A stretch of DNA of 64,000 bases from NCBI GenBank assembly GCA_963802945.1, contig CAWDKY010000017.1, positions 128,001-192,000 of the forward strand, written 5' to 3'. Both the position numbers and the translations under genes were made by a program. This DNA is from an uncultured delta proteobacterium. Lineage in GTDB: Bacteria; Desulfobacterota; RBG-13-43-22. Numbering within the stretch: position 1 is the first letter of the stretch; each line of letters starts with the position of its first letter. Below the pieces are notes generated by a model, which was not told where the DNA came from, made no database searches, and saw nothing but the letters and a program-made list of their open reading frames with translations. This document shows positions 30,266 through 41,909 of the stretch, piece by piece.

Positions 30266-31123
30266 ATGAAGTTTGACAATGTTCTGACCAGGATGCTCGG
30301 GGTGAAGTACCCCATCATACAAGGGGCTTTCGGCTGGCCGGGGACCGGAACATCCCAGATAGCCGCACCGGTTTCCGAGGCCGGGGCCTTGGGTATTCTG
30401 ACCACGATCTGTTACAAGAATCCGGAGGCTTTTGCCGAAGACGTCAAACGGGCCAAGTCGATGACCGACAAACCCTTTGCGGTTAACTTCACCCTGATGA
30501 AGGACACCAAGTACGATAATGCTTATCATGAAGAGTTCATCAAGATAACCATGGAGGAAGGGATACGAACTATCTTCACTTCGGCCTATGACGGCTCGAT
30601 TATCGGGCGCAGATTTAAGGAAAAAGGATGCAACTGGATCCACAAGTGTGCGACGATCGAACATGCCGTATCGATAGCCAAAAAGGGGCCGGATGCCGTG
30701 GTCATTGTCGGCCTGGAAGGGACGGGTTATAAAAACCCGAATCAAAACACGACGCTGGTCAACATGACTATGGGACGGAGGTTGATCGGAGTTCCGTTAA
30801 TCGCTGCCGGTGGAATCGGCGATGCCCGGGGCTTTGTCGCCGCCTTGGCCATGGGTGCTGTGGGTATCTACATGGGAACCGCCTTTATGGCCACGGAGGA
30901 GTTTAATGTTCCTGACAAGCTGAAAGGAAAAATCGTCGTCCAGGACATCTTAGACGCCGGGTTCCGCAAAAAAATTTATCAGATGGATCACGGCGGTCAA
31001 CATTCTCTAGCCTCTGGGGTCATCACTGCAGTCAAACCAGTTAAACAATACATCGAAGAGATGGTTCAGGGAGCGGCAGAGATCATGTCCGAATTCAAGC
31101 AATGGGGAATGCTTGAGGATTGA
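30266..31123 (+). CDS. Nitronate monooxygenase / FabK-like flavoprotein
   Basis: YPIIQG, AAGGIGD, MGTAF. Confidence 0.85.
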   Translation: MKFDNVLTRMLGVKYPIIQGAFGWPGTGTSQIAAPVSEAGALGILTTICYKNPEAFAEDVKRAKSMTDKPFAVNFTLMKDTKYDNAYHEEFIKITMEEGIRTIFTSAYDGSIIGRRFKEKGCNWIHKCATIEHAVSIAKKGPDAVVIVGLEGTGYKNPNQNTTLVNMTMGRRLIGVPLIAAGGIGDARGFVAALAMGAVGIYMGTAFMATEEFNVPDKLKGKIVVQDILDAGFRKKIYQMDHGGQHSLASGVITAVKPVKQYIEEMVQGAAEIMSEFKQWGMLED

Positions 31124-31233
31124 CCTCCCTTATTATTAATTCCTTCTCGATGAAAGATCGTTTTTATTTTAATAGAATCATATGATTTTTCACCAGCAAA
31201 GACAAGTGCCTTAAGAAAGGGGGCAAACAAATC

Positions 31234-32094
31234 ATGTCAAAAAAAGTGATTATCACCGCTGCGCTGGCCGGTGCCGGTACCTTTAAAAATCAGAATCCCC
31301 ATGTACCGTACACCTTAAAAGAATTTGCCGAAGAGGCCCACAAATGCTGGGAATTCGGCGCCGCCATGGTCCATGTCCATCCACGGCAGGATGACGGTAT
31401 TCCGACCCATGATATCGAACGGGTCAAGGCAACCTACAATGCTATTCGGGAGAGAACCCCCGAACTCATCGTAAACTTAAGCTCTGGTTTGGCTTTTGAT
31501 ACAACAAAAGAAAAAAGACTTGCCCAGATTCTGGCCGTCAACCCGGAGATGGCTTCTCTGAACACCAATACCATGAATTTCAGCTTCATCGATCGAAAAA
31601 CGGGCCAACTCTTTCAAGACGGTGTCTTCGAAAATACCTTTACCATGCTCCAGGAATTCGGCAAAGCTATGGAGGCAAACGGGGTCAAGCCAGAAATCGA
31701 GGTTTATGATATCGGGGGCATTGACAACGCCCTACTTATCGCCAAACAGGGCTTTTTCTCTGACCCGATGATTTTTAATTTTGTCTGGGGAGTGGCTGGC
31801 GGTGCGGCCTTCAGGGCCGATGCCTTTGTCGCCATGATGCACGCCCTGCCTCAAGGAGCCATTTTTACCACTTGCGGTGTCGGTCTGGAGCAATTTCCCA
31901 GTGTCACCCAGTCCTGCCTGCTCGGTGGCCATATGAGGGTGGGTCTCGAAGACAATATCCGGATGCCAAACGGTGAACTGGCCAAAGGAAACTATGAGCT
32001 CGTGGAAGTTGCGGTCAGGATAGCCGAATGTCTCGGCAGAAGGCCGGCAACCCCGGATGAAGCCCGTGAAATCATGGGAATCAGGAAGAGATAA
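31234..32094 (+). CDS. Beta-keto acid cleavage enzyme (BKACE/Kce family)
   Basis: VHVHPR, PEMASL, RVGLEDN, ATPDEAR. Confidence 0.9.
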   Translation: MSKKVIITAALAGAGTFKNQNPHVPYTLKEFAEEAHKCWEFGAAMVHVHPRQDDGIPTHDIERVKATYNAIRERTPELIVNLSSGLAFDTTKEKRLAQILAVNPEMASLNTNTMNFSFIDRKTGQLFQDGVFENTFTMLQEFGKAMEANGVKPEIEVYDIGGIDNALLIAKQGFFSDPMIFNFVWGVAGGAAFRADAFVAMMHALPQGAIFTTCGVGLEQFPSVTQSCLLGGHMRVGLEDNIRMPNGELAKGNYELVEVAVRIAECLGRRPATPDEAREIMGIRKR

Positions 32095-32190
32095 CGGTCA
32101 TCGTCCTGATAGGCAACCCTTGAAAAAAACCTTTGGGACTTCACTATTCACAAACTTGTCAGTCAAAAAAAGTTAACTTTGGAGGAACCT

Positions 32191-32952
32191 ATGCGCATCA
32201 TTGATCTTTCAGCCCAAATCGCTCAGACACCGGAGGATACGCCTGAATATTCTGCCGTTGGAATAGCCTACCATACACACGCCGAAGGCGCGGCTGCCGT
32301 TGAAAACCTTCTCAATGTTCCCCGGGCTCTTATGAGACAAGCGGAAGGATGGGCCACCGAAACCATCACCAGGCTGGAAACCCACGGCACCACCCATGTG
32401 GATGCACCCTGGCATTACAACAGCATCATACAAGGTCAAAAAGCAGAGACTATTGATGAGCTTCCCCTGGAGTGGTTCTTCGGTGACGGGGTCAAACTTG
32501 ATTTTCATATTAAAGAGGAAAGAGATTCCATTACGGTCGAAGATATGGAAAACGAGCTTCAGCGGATCGGTTATACTTTGAAACCGATGGACATTGTTTT
32601 GATGTTCACTGGAAGGGATGTCTTTATTAATCAAGGGGATTATTTCTTCAAGGGCTGCGGGGTTACCGCTGCTGCTACGATCTGGCTCTATGAAAAAGGG
32701 ATACGTGTTATGGGTATCGATGCCTGGGGCTGGGATAGGTCCCTTCACCTGCAGGCCCAGGAGGCGATTGCGGAGGATAAGCCGGATATTTTCTGGGCGG
32801 CCCACCAGATCGATGCCCCCTATTCCCATATGGAACGGTTGGTCAATCTCGATTCCCTGCCCTCTTTGGGATTCAAGGTGGCCTGCTTTCCGCTCAAGAT
32901 TAAGGGCGCCAGCGCATCCCCAGCACGAGTCGTGGCCATTCTATCGGAATAG
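32191..32952 (+). CDS. Cyclase / kynurenine formamidase-like metal hydrolase
   Basis: HGTTHVDAPWH, GIDAWGWD, ERLVNL, ASPAR. Confidence 0.88.
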   Translation: MRIIDLSAQIAQTPEDTPEYSAVGIAYHTHAEGAAAVENLLNVPRALMRQAEGWATETITRLETHGTTHVDAPWHYNSIIQGQKAETIDELPLEWFFGDGVKLDFHIKEERDSITVEDMENELQRIGYTLKPMDIVLMFTGRDVFINQGDYFFKGCGVTAAATIWLYEKGIRVMGIDAWGWDRSLHLQAQEAIAEDKPDIFWAAHQIDAPYSHMERLVNLDSLPSLGFKVACFPLKIKGASASPARVVAILSE

Positions 32953-33158
32953 GTAATCATGGTCAGGCGATCAAATTCCCTTTTGAATAAAAAGCGTATT
33001 AACTAAGTCCAAAGAGGAATTTCAGTTAGGTAAAACCATGGGAAGGATTGTGGATTGGTAAATATTGTTCAATGATAATTAGAAGAGAATTACGGAAGAT
33101 CGGGTGAGTCTAAAGTGATTTCCAATTAAGCAACCACTTATTAAAAAGGAGAAACGCT

Positions 33159-33704
33159 ATGGACCTGTATGAAGCAATCGCCAGGAGAAGGACCATCCGT
33201 GGGTTTACCAAAGCCGTGCCGGAGGAGACGCTGCGCAAGATAATCATGGCCGGTGCTATGGCGGCCTCGCCGATAAACCTGCAACCCTGGGAGTTTATCA
33301 TTGTCGATGACCCCAAGCTCATTGAACAAATTGCCGAGCACAAGTACCGCCAGAACCAGAAAATGTTTCCCGGGCCGACAGCGCTGGCCCAGAAAAACAC
33401 CTATAAAAATTGCAGTGTGGTCGCTGTCTGTTACAAGAAAGGTCATGGCAGCCATTGGTGTGCCTGGATGTGTATTCAGATCATGGCCCTGGCCGCCACC
33501 GCGGAAGGATTAGGCATTGTCCCTTCGGAGTTATGGGCAGAAGGCCAGGTCGCTGTGGAAAAATTGCTCGGGTTGACGAGGGACTACAAACTTGCAGCCG
33601 TGGTGCTCATAGGGAGGCAAAAAGGATATCCCAAGGTCCCCAAGGTGAAACGCCGACCGGAGTGGAGCTGGCTCCACCGAAACCAATTCGGAGTCAAACC
33701 CTAA
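33159..33704 (+). CDS. Nitroreductase family protein
   Basis: RRTIRGF, ASPINLQPWEF, LAATAEGLG. Confidence 0.88.
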   Translation: MDLYEAIARRRTIRGFTKAVPEETLRKIIMAGAMAASPINLQPWEFIIVDDPKLIEQIAEHKYRQNQKMFPGPTALAQKNTYKNCSVVAVCYKKGHGSHWCAWMCIQIMALAATAEGLGIVPSELWAEGQVAVEKLLGLTRDYKLAAVVLIGRQKGYPKVPKVKRRPEWSWLHRNQFGVKP

Positions 33705-33859
33705 AGCAGAAAGATTCTTTTTGGAAGGGTGAAGAATCTATAAATCCTATTTTTCTTATCTAAAAAAGAGTAAAAGTTTAAAGGTCATTAACTCCTTAAA
33801 ACTCTTTCTGATGGCCGGCCTTTCATGACCTTTTAAAATTATCTTTCCAAAAGATTAAT

Positions 33860-34435
33860 TTATTTTGCTGGTAAGAAGTCCTTACCCAGATAAAAAGCTT
33901 TTCCCAGAAACTGTCCTATCCCATAGTAACTCCGACTGTCCGGGGCCCATAGAACCGGCTTTATCTTGGTGATGTCCGGCCCTTTCTCGCCCAGCACCTC
34001 TTCATCTACCTTGATATCCAGGATTTCACCGATGAATTGGGTGTGCAAACCGATTTTGTAATGATGGATCACTTTGCACTCCAAGACAAAAGGGAATTCC
34101 TTGACATAAGGGGCATTCACCAAATCGCTCTTGGCAGGCGTTAGGCCTGAGACAGTGAACTTATCCTCATTTCTTCCCGAGGCCATACCGAAGTAATCCG
34201 CCTGTCTGAGGTGCGACTCGCTGGGTAGGCTGATGGTAAAGGCCTTTTGCTCTATAAGATTACCGTAAGTATAGGTGGCCTCTCGTAGGGCGATGGCCAC
34301 GCAGGGGGGAACAGAGCAGCAAATCCCTCCCCAGGCCGCGGTCATGACATTGGGTTTGCCTTCCCGGTCGTAAGTGCCCACTACAAAGACGGGAGTGGGA
34401 TAGACTATGGTTTTTGCACCTAAGGACTTTTTCAT
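33860..34435 (-). CDS. Flavin reductase-like protein (flavoredoxin)
   Basis: [30 protein letters not shown]. Confidence 0.88.
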   Translation of the reverse strand: MKKSLGAKTIVYPTPVFVVGTYDREGKPNVMTAAWGGICCSVPPCVAIALREATYTYGNLIEQKAFTISLPSESHLRQADYFGMASGRNEDKFTVSGLTPAKSDLVNAPYVKEFPFVLECKVIHHYKIGLHTQFIGEILDIKVDEEVLGEKGPDITKIKPVLWAPDSRSYYGIGQFLGKAFYLGKDFLPAK

Positions 34436-34524
34436 GGGATTCCTCCATTGGAAATAAATGCTGTTTTGTTGAAAGAAAGGGGAAATTGATTAGGACTGTC
34501 ACCAAGGTTTCAAAAGGTCAAAGA

Positions 34525-34593
34525 AAGGTTTAAGGTTCACGGCCTAAGGTCCAAGGTCAAACCTTAAACCGTATACCTTGAACCTTATACCTT
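34525..34593. repeat. Heptamer tandem repeats arranged as an inverted pair
   Basis: (AAGGTTY)n then (RAACCTT)n, intergenic. Confidence 0.7.
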
Positions 34594-34601
34594 TTTTCGG
34601 A

Positions 34602-35351
34602 TTATAGCCCCAGATAAGTCTTGCGAATGATTTCGTCTTCCATTAGCTGTTCGCCTGTCCCCTGGGCGATGATCTTCCCGGCGGAAAGGACGTAATTGTT
34701 TTTGGTCATCTTAAAGACCGAACTGACTTCTTGTTCGACCAACAGGATGGTTATTCCCAGCCGGTTGATTTGAAGTATTTTCTCGAAGACTTCCGCCCGC
34801 AGTATGGGGGCCAGACCCGTTGAAGGTTCGTCGATACAAAGGAGTTTCGGTTCGGACATCAAGGCCCGTCCGATAGCCAGCATTTGCTGTTCTCCGCCGG
34901 AAAGGGTCCCGGAGATTTGTTTAGCCCGCTCATTAAGCACCGGGAATAGATCATAAACCTTGTCCAGATTTGCCTGGTTTTTTTGCTTGTCCTTGTATAG
35001 ATAAGCCCCGGCCATTAAGTTTTCCAGAACGGTCAGTTCCCGAAAAGGTCTTCTTCGTTCCGGACAAAGGATAAGGCCCCGTTTGACGATTTCATGGGCC
35101 GGGACATTATCGATCCGCTGGCCGTCGAAGTTCACTGTGCCTTCTATATGGATCTCTGCAGCCGTAGAGCGGCGCTTGATCTCTCTTTCCCAGGCTACCA
35201 GGCCGGTGATGGCCCGAAGGGTGGTGGATTTCCCGGCCCCGTTTGGGCCGACCAGGCTGACTAGCTCCCCGGTATCGACGCTCAAACTCAAGTCATTGAT
35301 GAGCACGGCCTTTTCATAGCGAACGTTTAAATGGATGATTTCTAAGAGCAC
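34602..35351 (-). CDS. livF: Liv-type ABC transporter ATPase
   Basis: GPNGAGKST, LSGGEQQMLA, DEPSTGLAP. Confidence 0.88.
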   Translation of the reverse strand: MLLEIIHLNVRYEKAVLINDLSLSVDTGELVSLVGPNGAGKSTTLRAITGLVAWEREIKRRSTAAEIHIEGTVNFDGQRIDNVPAHEIVKRGLILCPERRRPFRELTVLENLMAGAYLYKDKQKNQANLDKVYDLFPVLNERAKQISGTLSGGEQQMLAIGRALMSEPKLLCIDEPSTGLAPILRAEVFEKILQINRLGITILLVEQEVSSVFKMTKNNYVLSAGKIIAQGTGEQLMEDEIIRKTYLGL

Positions 35352-35353
35352 GG

Positions 35354-36124
35354 TTACTGGCCTCCTCCTCCACCCAGATAGGCCTCAATGACCTGTGGGT
35401 TGTTGACGACTTCCTCGGGTTTGCCTTCAGCCAGCAGGTTCCCGAAGTTGAGGACTATGATGCGATCGACGATTTTCATTAGTTGCTGTAATTTGTGTTC
35501 CACAATAATCATGGCCGGACCTTCGCTGTGCAGACGTCCGAAGCGGCCGCCTTTATGAAGTCTTCGGATCGATTTGGCCATCAGGTCGGTTTCGGCCGGG
35601 CTCAAGCCCCCGAAAGGCTCGTCCAGGAGGAGAAGCTCCGGGTCCGTTGCCACGGCTCGGGCCACTTCCAGCCGCTTCAGATCGCCTTGAGACAGGGTCG
35701 AGGCCTTTTCCAAAGCCATATCCGAGATACCGGCGAATTCCAGGGCATCCATGGCCTTGGCCTCCACTCTCTTTACCCACTCCCCGTGTTTCATGGAACG
35801 GGGCGACAGGCAGGAGACCATGACATTGGCAATGATCGGCAGTCGACGGAAAGGTCTCATGTTCTGAAAGGTGCAGGATACCCCCAGGTTGACGATATCC
35901 CAGGTCTTCATCCCCACCAGTTCCTTGCCCTTGAATCGGACGCTCCCGGAATCCGGTTTCAGTATCCCGGTGAACATACGCAGCAAGGTGGTTTTTCCTG
36001 CGCCATTAGGCCCGATCAGGCCGATGACTTCCTTTTCCTCCATGCGAAACCGGATATCATTGACCGCTTTCAATCCCCCGAAACTTTTTGTCAGTCCTTC
36101 AACTTCCATTAATGGTACGGCCAT
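35354..36124 (-). CDS. livG: Liv-type ABC transporter ATPase
   Basis: GPNGAGKTT, LLLLDEP, VIEAYLG. Confidence 0.88.
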   Translation of the reverse strand: MAVPLMEVEGLTKSFGGLKAVNDIRFRMEEKEVIGLIGPNGAGKTTLLRMFTGILKPDSGSVRFKGKELVGMKTWDIVNLGVSCTFQNMRPFRRLPIIANVMVSCLSPRSMKHGEWVKRVEAKAMDALEFAGISDMALEKASTLSQGDLKRLEVARAVATDPELLLLDEPFGGLSPAETDLMAKSIRRLHKGGRFGRLHSEGPAMIIVEHKLQQLMKIVDRIIVLNFGNLLAEGKPEEVVNNPQVIEAYLGGGGGQ

Positions 36125-36125
36125 A

Positions 36126-37832
36126 TCAGACTTCCTCACCCTCTTCTCTTAGTTCTCGCCGGGAGACCTTGCCCACATCGGTCTTGGGCAGCTCACCCCG
36201 GAACTCGACGATCTTGGGTACTTTATAATGGGCCAGTTTCTGGCTGCAAAATTCCATGATTTCCTCTTCCGAGATCTTACCCCTGGCCTCACTTTCCAAA
36301 ACGACATAGGCCTTGATCATGTTGCCCACCTTGGGGTCCGGAACCCCGACCACTCCGGCGGCCTTGATCTGGGGATGTTGAAAAAGGACTTCCTCCACGT
36401 GCCTGGCGAAGACGGAATAGCCCTTATATTTGATCAGGTCCCGCTTGCGGTCAAAGAAGTGGAAATACCCTTCTTCGTCCATGCTGACCAGATCTCCGGT
36501 GCGCAGCCAGGTCTCACCATCCAATTCCATCATGGATTCTTTGGTGCTGTCCGGTCTTTTCCAATACCCTTTCATAATATTCGGGCCGTTTAATATCATT
36601 TCCCCCACTTCCCCCACAGGAAGAAAATCCGTTCCTTCGGTTTCGATGATGGCCGCTTTCATATGGGGCATGGGCACGCCGAAAGAGCCTCTCTTGGGCC
36701 GGTTGTAAGGGTGTACCGTGACTTACGGAGGTAGTTTCGGTCATCCCATAACCTTCTAAGATTATGGAATCGGTCCTCTTCTCCCAGGCCTCAACCGTCG
36801 AATCATGCAAGGTATCGGCCCCGCAGACGATCATCTTCAGCTTTTTCCAGTTGACCCGGTCGGTCTTTTCGTATTCCTTGAGATATTCAAACAGGGTGGG
36901 CACACCGAAGAAGCCGGTGGCCTGATAGCGCTCCATGCCCTCTAAAATGTCCTCAATATCCGGGGTGGTGAACAGGACCATGGTCGAACCCTGGACCAGA
37001 CCGGAGAGCATGACCACGACCTGTCCGTAAATATGAAAAAAGGGCAGGAAGGCCATGATCACCTCTTTCCCGTCTTCCAGGATAGGCCAGAAGGCCCGGG
37101 TTTGTTTCTGGACAGCTACCATATTGCGATGGGTTATCATGGCTGCCTTGGGCAGGCCGGTAGTGCCCCCGGTGTAGGGCAGGGCCGCCAGGTCCTCTCC
37201 GGGGATCAATGGTGACCTTGGGGCGGATTGGGCGGATATTTTTTAAGCAGTTCCTGAAAGGAGTAAATCCCTGCCCCTTTAAGGGATTCCACCGAAGGGG
37301 CCTCTTTCCCACTGTCGGTCTTGGTTTTCTTTCCGAACCATTTTTTCATGGCCGGAAGGTACTCTTCGATACTGGTCAAAATCACCTTTTCCGGCTGCAC
37401 GCCGGACTTGGCCAGGTTGTCAAAGAGGATATTCTGACAGATGGCCATCTTGGCCTCGCTGTCCTGAATCTGATGCTTGACCTCGATACTGGTATAGACC
37501 GGGCTGATCGGGGTGACCTTGGCCCCCAACCTGAGCATGGCAAAATAGGCAATGACATATTGAGGGCAGTTTAGAAGATATAAGGCAACCGTATCTCCCT
37601 TTTTGATTCCCAAATCGGCCAGGGCGGTGGCCAGACGGTCCACCGAGTCCTTGATCTCCCGGTAGGTGATCTTCTTGCCGTAAAAGATCAGAGACGGCCG
37701 GTTTCCATATTTTTCAACCGACTGATCAAAGAGGTCCATGACGGATCCCTCCGGAATTTCGACTTCGGCCGGAACACCTTCCGGATAATATTTCAGCCAG
37801 GGTTTGGATAAATAAATTTCTTTTGGGGTCAT
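36126..37832 (-). CDS. Long-chain acyl-CoA ligase (two frameshifts)
   Basis: YTGGTTGLPK, EGYGMTE, RTGD, PKTDVGK across three ORFs. Confidence 0.88.
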
Positions 37833-37944
37833 GTTAACTTCCTTCTTTCAGTTCAATTTATAAATTGGGGTAAGGGTTCCCTGATTTTGATTCCGAGCAT
37901 TTTTCTTGAATCCTAGAATCCTTGACCCTTTGAATCCTTTATTT

Positions 37945-38991
37945 TTAATCCAGATCCGCCGTACAGATCCGGCAGGTCTTCCGGGGTGCTACGTTTCTGA
38001 CTTTGCACCGTGGACATTCTTTTTCAATCTTGTCCCTTACCCAGGGGATCAAACCTTCGGGCATGTACAAGAGGATCAGCAGGACGAAGACGGCAAATAT
38101 CATCATGCGGTACTCGGGCCAGATCCGGACGAATTCCAACAACGGGATAAGGATAAAAACCCCGGCTACGGGGCCGTAGATGGTGGCTATTCCCCCGAAG
38201 ATCGCCCAGATCACAACCTGGAAGGACATGGAGACCGCCAGGGTGGAAGGTCCGGCAATCCGCATATAATGGGCATAGAGTCCGCCGGAAATGCCGGCAA
38301 AAAAGCCGCTGAGGCTAAAGGCCAACAGTTTATATCGGGTGGTGTTGATCCCCGAGGCCTTAACGGCCAGCTCATCCTCCCGGATGGCATGAAAAATAAT
38401 ACCCGTATTGGAGTCGGTTATCTTCCACATGATGAAACACAGTACCAGCATGACTATGACATGAAGATAATAATTGCCCATCAGGGAACTGGTGAATCGC
38501 TGCTACCCCGGACATCCCCAATTCACCGCCCGGTTAAATCCGGCAGGGCAATGATGATCCCCATTAAGATGATCGGAAAGGCAAAGGTGGTCAGGGCCAG
38601 GTAAGTGTGTTTCAATCGCAGGCAGGGGATCCCGATAATAAGGCCGGCCAAAACAGCCACCACGGCCCCCAAAGGCACACTTCCCCAGGGGGGAATATGA
38701 AGATGGGTATTCAAAATGGCCGAGCCGTAGGCCCCCACTCCGAAGAAAAGGGCATGGCCGAAATTCAGTCTGGCCGGTGAATCCCGGACAGGAGGTCCCA
38801 ACTGGCGGCCAGGATGGCAAAGATGACTGGTTAGAATGACAATGCGGACCACATAGGGGTCCTGGGTGACCAGGGGCAGTCCCAGTATAACAATAAGAAA
38901 AAGGCCCACGATGATTCGACTGGGAAGCACCAGCACCTCATTTCGCAGGAGTGTAAACCAGTTTTCTAATATAAAATAAGACAAAACCCAT
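37945..38991 (-). CDS. livM: Liv-type permease with C-terminal Cys4 tail (frameshifted; start approximate)
   Basis: NFGHALFFGVGAY, AIREDE, MPEGL, CPRC..CRIC. Confidence 0.78.
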
Positions 38992-38997
38992 GCCTTT

Positions 38998-39863
38998 TTA
39001 CCTCTCTTCCTCAAAAGCGATACCAAACAGGCCCTCCGGCCGTATCAACAGGACCAGGATCATGATCGATCAAGGCCACAGGCATCTTCAAAAAGGCCCC
39101 TGTGGGGAGAAGGAAAACCACCAGTGCCTCAGCAAACCCCAAAATATAAGCGCCTATAAAACTTCCCTTGATGCTGCCCAGCCCACCCAGGACCACGACG
39201 GCCATCATCATGATCATGGGTTCCATCCCACATGTTGGGAGTTAGGACCATAAGAGGTCCGATCACCGCTCCGGTAATCCCGGCCAGGCAGACCGAAAGA
39301 CCCATCGTGATCATGGCCAGCCGGCTCTCGTTCATCCCCATCAGATTGGACACCTCCCGGTCCTCGGCCGTGGAACGGATGGCCAGGCCCAAGCGGGTCT
39401 TCATCAACAGGAACCAGACGACCAGCAAAATCAACAGGACCACTCCAAAGGTCAGCAACTGTTGATAAAAAATCTTGTTGTCTCCCACAGTAAAGTACCC
39501 TTGAATCAGGAAATCCACACTCCGGTATTCAAAGGTGAAGAGCTGCAGGATGACTTCTTGAAAGAACATGGCCAGGGCTATGGTGGCAATCAGGACCGCC
39601 GCCTCATGCTCGCGTATCGGATCGATGGCAAACTTATAGGTCAGCAAACCGATCAGAGTAACGGTTGCAACAGCGATCAGCATGGACAAGATGACATTAA
39701 ATCCAAGCCTGAAGGACAAGTAATAGATACAGTATGCCGCGACCATATAAAAGGCGGTGTGGGCGAGGTTGATGATTTTGGCCACCCCAAAGATCAGGGA
39801 GAAACCGATGGAAAGTAAGGCCAGCATACTGCCTGTGATTAGACCGGTAATTATTATATTCAT
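38998..39863 (-). CDS. livH: Liv-type permease (frameshifted)
   Basis: GFSLIFGV..INLAH, VVLGGLGS, RPEGLFG. Confidence 0.8.
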
Positions 39864-39917
39864 AAGGCCTCAAGAAAAATAGAATTCAATGGTTCACGTG
39901 GATATAAATCTTTTTTT

Positions 39918-39974
39918 GAGTTCGGAGTTCGGAGTAATTCAGTCTTTACTCCGAACTCCATGCTCCGAACTCGA
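39918..39974. repeat. Heptamer tandem repeats arranged as an inverted pair
   Basis: GAGTTCG x2 ... ACTCCGA/GCTCCGA. Confidence 0.65.
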
Positions 39975-40009
39975 AAACTTAATTCACAACCTATTTAATC
40001 AGTTAGTAA

Positions 40010-41309
40010 CTATTTCTTCATCCAGGGGGGCAGTTTAAGAGCGACCATCCCTTTATAAGTGACCTCCGGGGCATCCGCTGTGGCCTTCCACTTATTGGGC
40101 CAGACCCCGACCAGTTTACCGTCCTGCCACTGGCAGCCGACGCCTGTCTCAAAGCCCGGGCCCCAGGTCAAATCATGGGTCGACACCCCTTGAGCATTCT
40201 TTTCATATTTGATGATCCCACTGGGGACCTTATACACCGCGGTTCTCCAGGTGGGCGACTATCTTATCGGCATCCAGACTCCCTACGGCCTCGATGGCTG
40301 GGACCAGGGCATAGAGGATGGCGGAATAGGTATCGGCCGTATAGGTTGGGGTCGTCTTAAACTCCTTAATAAAGCGGTCCAAAAATGGTTTGGTTAATTC
40401 ATTTTGTTCAATCCCTCGGACATAGGTATTCATGGTATAGACATAATTACCCATACCCTTGGTGGCTTCCCAGAAGCCGTCCTTTTGGGACTCGACATTG
40501 ATGCCCACCTGGAGGGCCGGGATCTTGAGTTCCCCGGCCTGCCGGGAAAAGGTAATCCCCACCGATCCGGAGAAAATGGGAAAGATCAAGTTGGCCCCGC
40601 TCTTCTGGATGGCTGAAAGCTCGGCGGTGACATCCGTAGCCAGGGCGGATGGCTGCCAGAGCCCGACTACCTCTATGCCCATCTTAGGCAGCACGGTTTG
40701 GGCAACCTTGACCATACCTTCGGTCCAGGCCAGTTTCTCGGCCACGATAGCGCATTTGACCGGGACCTTTAATTCGCTTCTAATGAGTCCTGCGGCTTGG
40801 CCCACCATGGCAAAACAGGTTTTCACCAGATAAGAGGATTTGAAGGGGGTGCCCCGGAACCAGTATTTATAGCGGTTGTAATTTTGGCCTACCTTATCGC
40901 AGAGCACATCGGTGGCGGCCCCGCAGCCGATAAAGATTTTTTTATAGTCCATGGCTATGTCCTGCATGGGCAAAACGGCCTCGGTCCTGAACCCGCCGAC
41001 AACAAAATCCACTTTGTCCTTGGTCATTAATCGTTCCATGGCATTGGTGGCATCGGTGACGTTTTTATCTTCATTGGAGTCGGCCTTGACCAGCTCGATT
41101 TTCATTTTTTCCTTGCCGACCTGAACGCCCCCCTTGGCATTGACAATTTCCGCAGCCATAGTGGCCCCAGCCCAATGGTCCCTACCTTCCAGACCCTGCA
41201 TATTGCCGATGACGCCGATTTTAATCGTCCGCCCCCAGGCCGGGAAACACATGACCATGACCAGGCAGGCAATAAGCAACATGCTCCATCCAAAGCTGAA
41301 CTTCTTCAT
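40010..41309 (-). CDS. LivK-like substrate-binding protein (frameshift near 40235)
   Basis: Signal peptide, IKIGVIG, VVGGFRTE; C-terminus in ORF 40010..40237. Confidence 0.82.
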
Positions 41310-41909
41310 CGTGTTTTCTCCTTTCAAGTTTGTGGGTTATTTTTATTATAGAAATACGCAGGAATACTACCGGGTGAGATGAATTTATTTAGATAAAGGG
41401 AGCCTTTTGATTTATGCATCCCTTCCTCCGATTGATAAGGTTGAATCTAACATAAATTCGACCTTTATTACACCTCCAAAAATGAGGAACGTGCTGTTTT
41501 CAGCAAGACTTAGCAGTTTTTCAAGGTAAGCCGCTTTTTTTTATTGCCATGGTCAAAAAGCCTTTTCTACCAAATCAATTTATGAAAAGTCAACACTTTT
41601 TTAAAAAAATTTCGGAAAAAGGCAAACCCCTCTCCGGGCAAAAACGGAAACGCTTCAGGGGGGGGTAAAAAGTATAGTGTATTTCTCTTGGCTAATAAAG
41701 GCTAATACAGGGCGTTGGCCGCAACAAAATTAGGAATCTGAAATCCGAATTTCGAAACAAATTTAAAATTCAAAATGCTCCAATTTTCGAATCAGAAAAA
41801 AAGGTGAGCAGGGTTTTGGGCAATTACATTTGGACCTTGAATTTTATATTTCGAATTTCCAACCTTTCGGCAAAATTAAGCTACAGGCTAAACTAAGGCT
41901 CTACACCCC

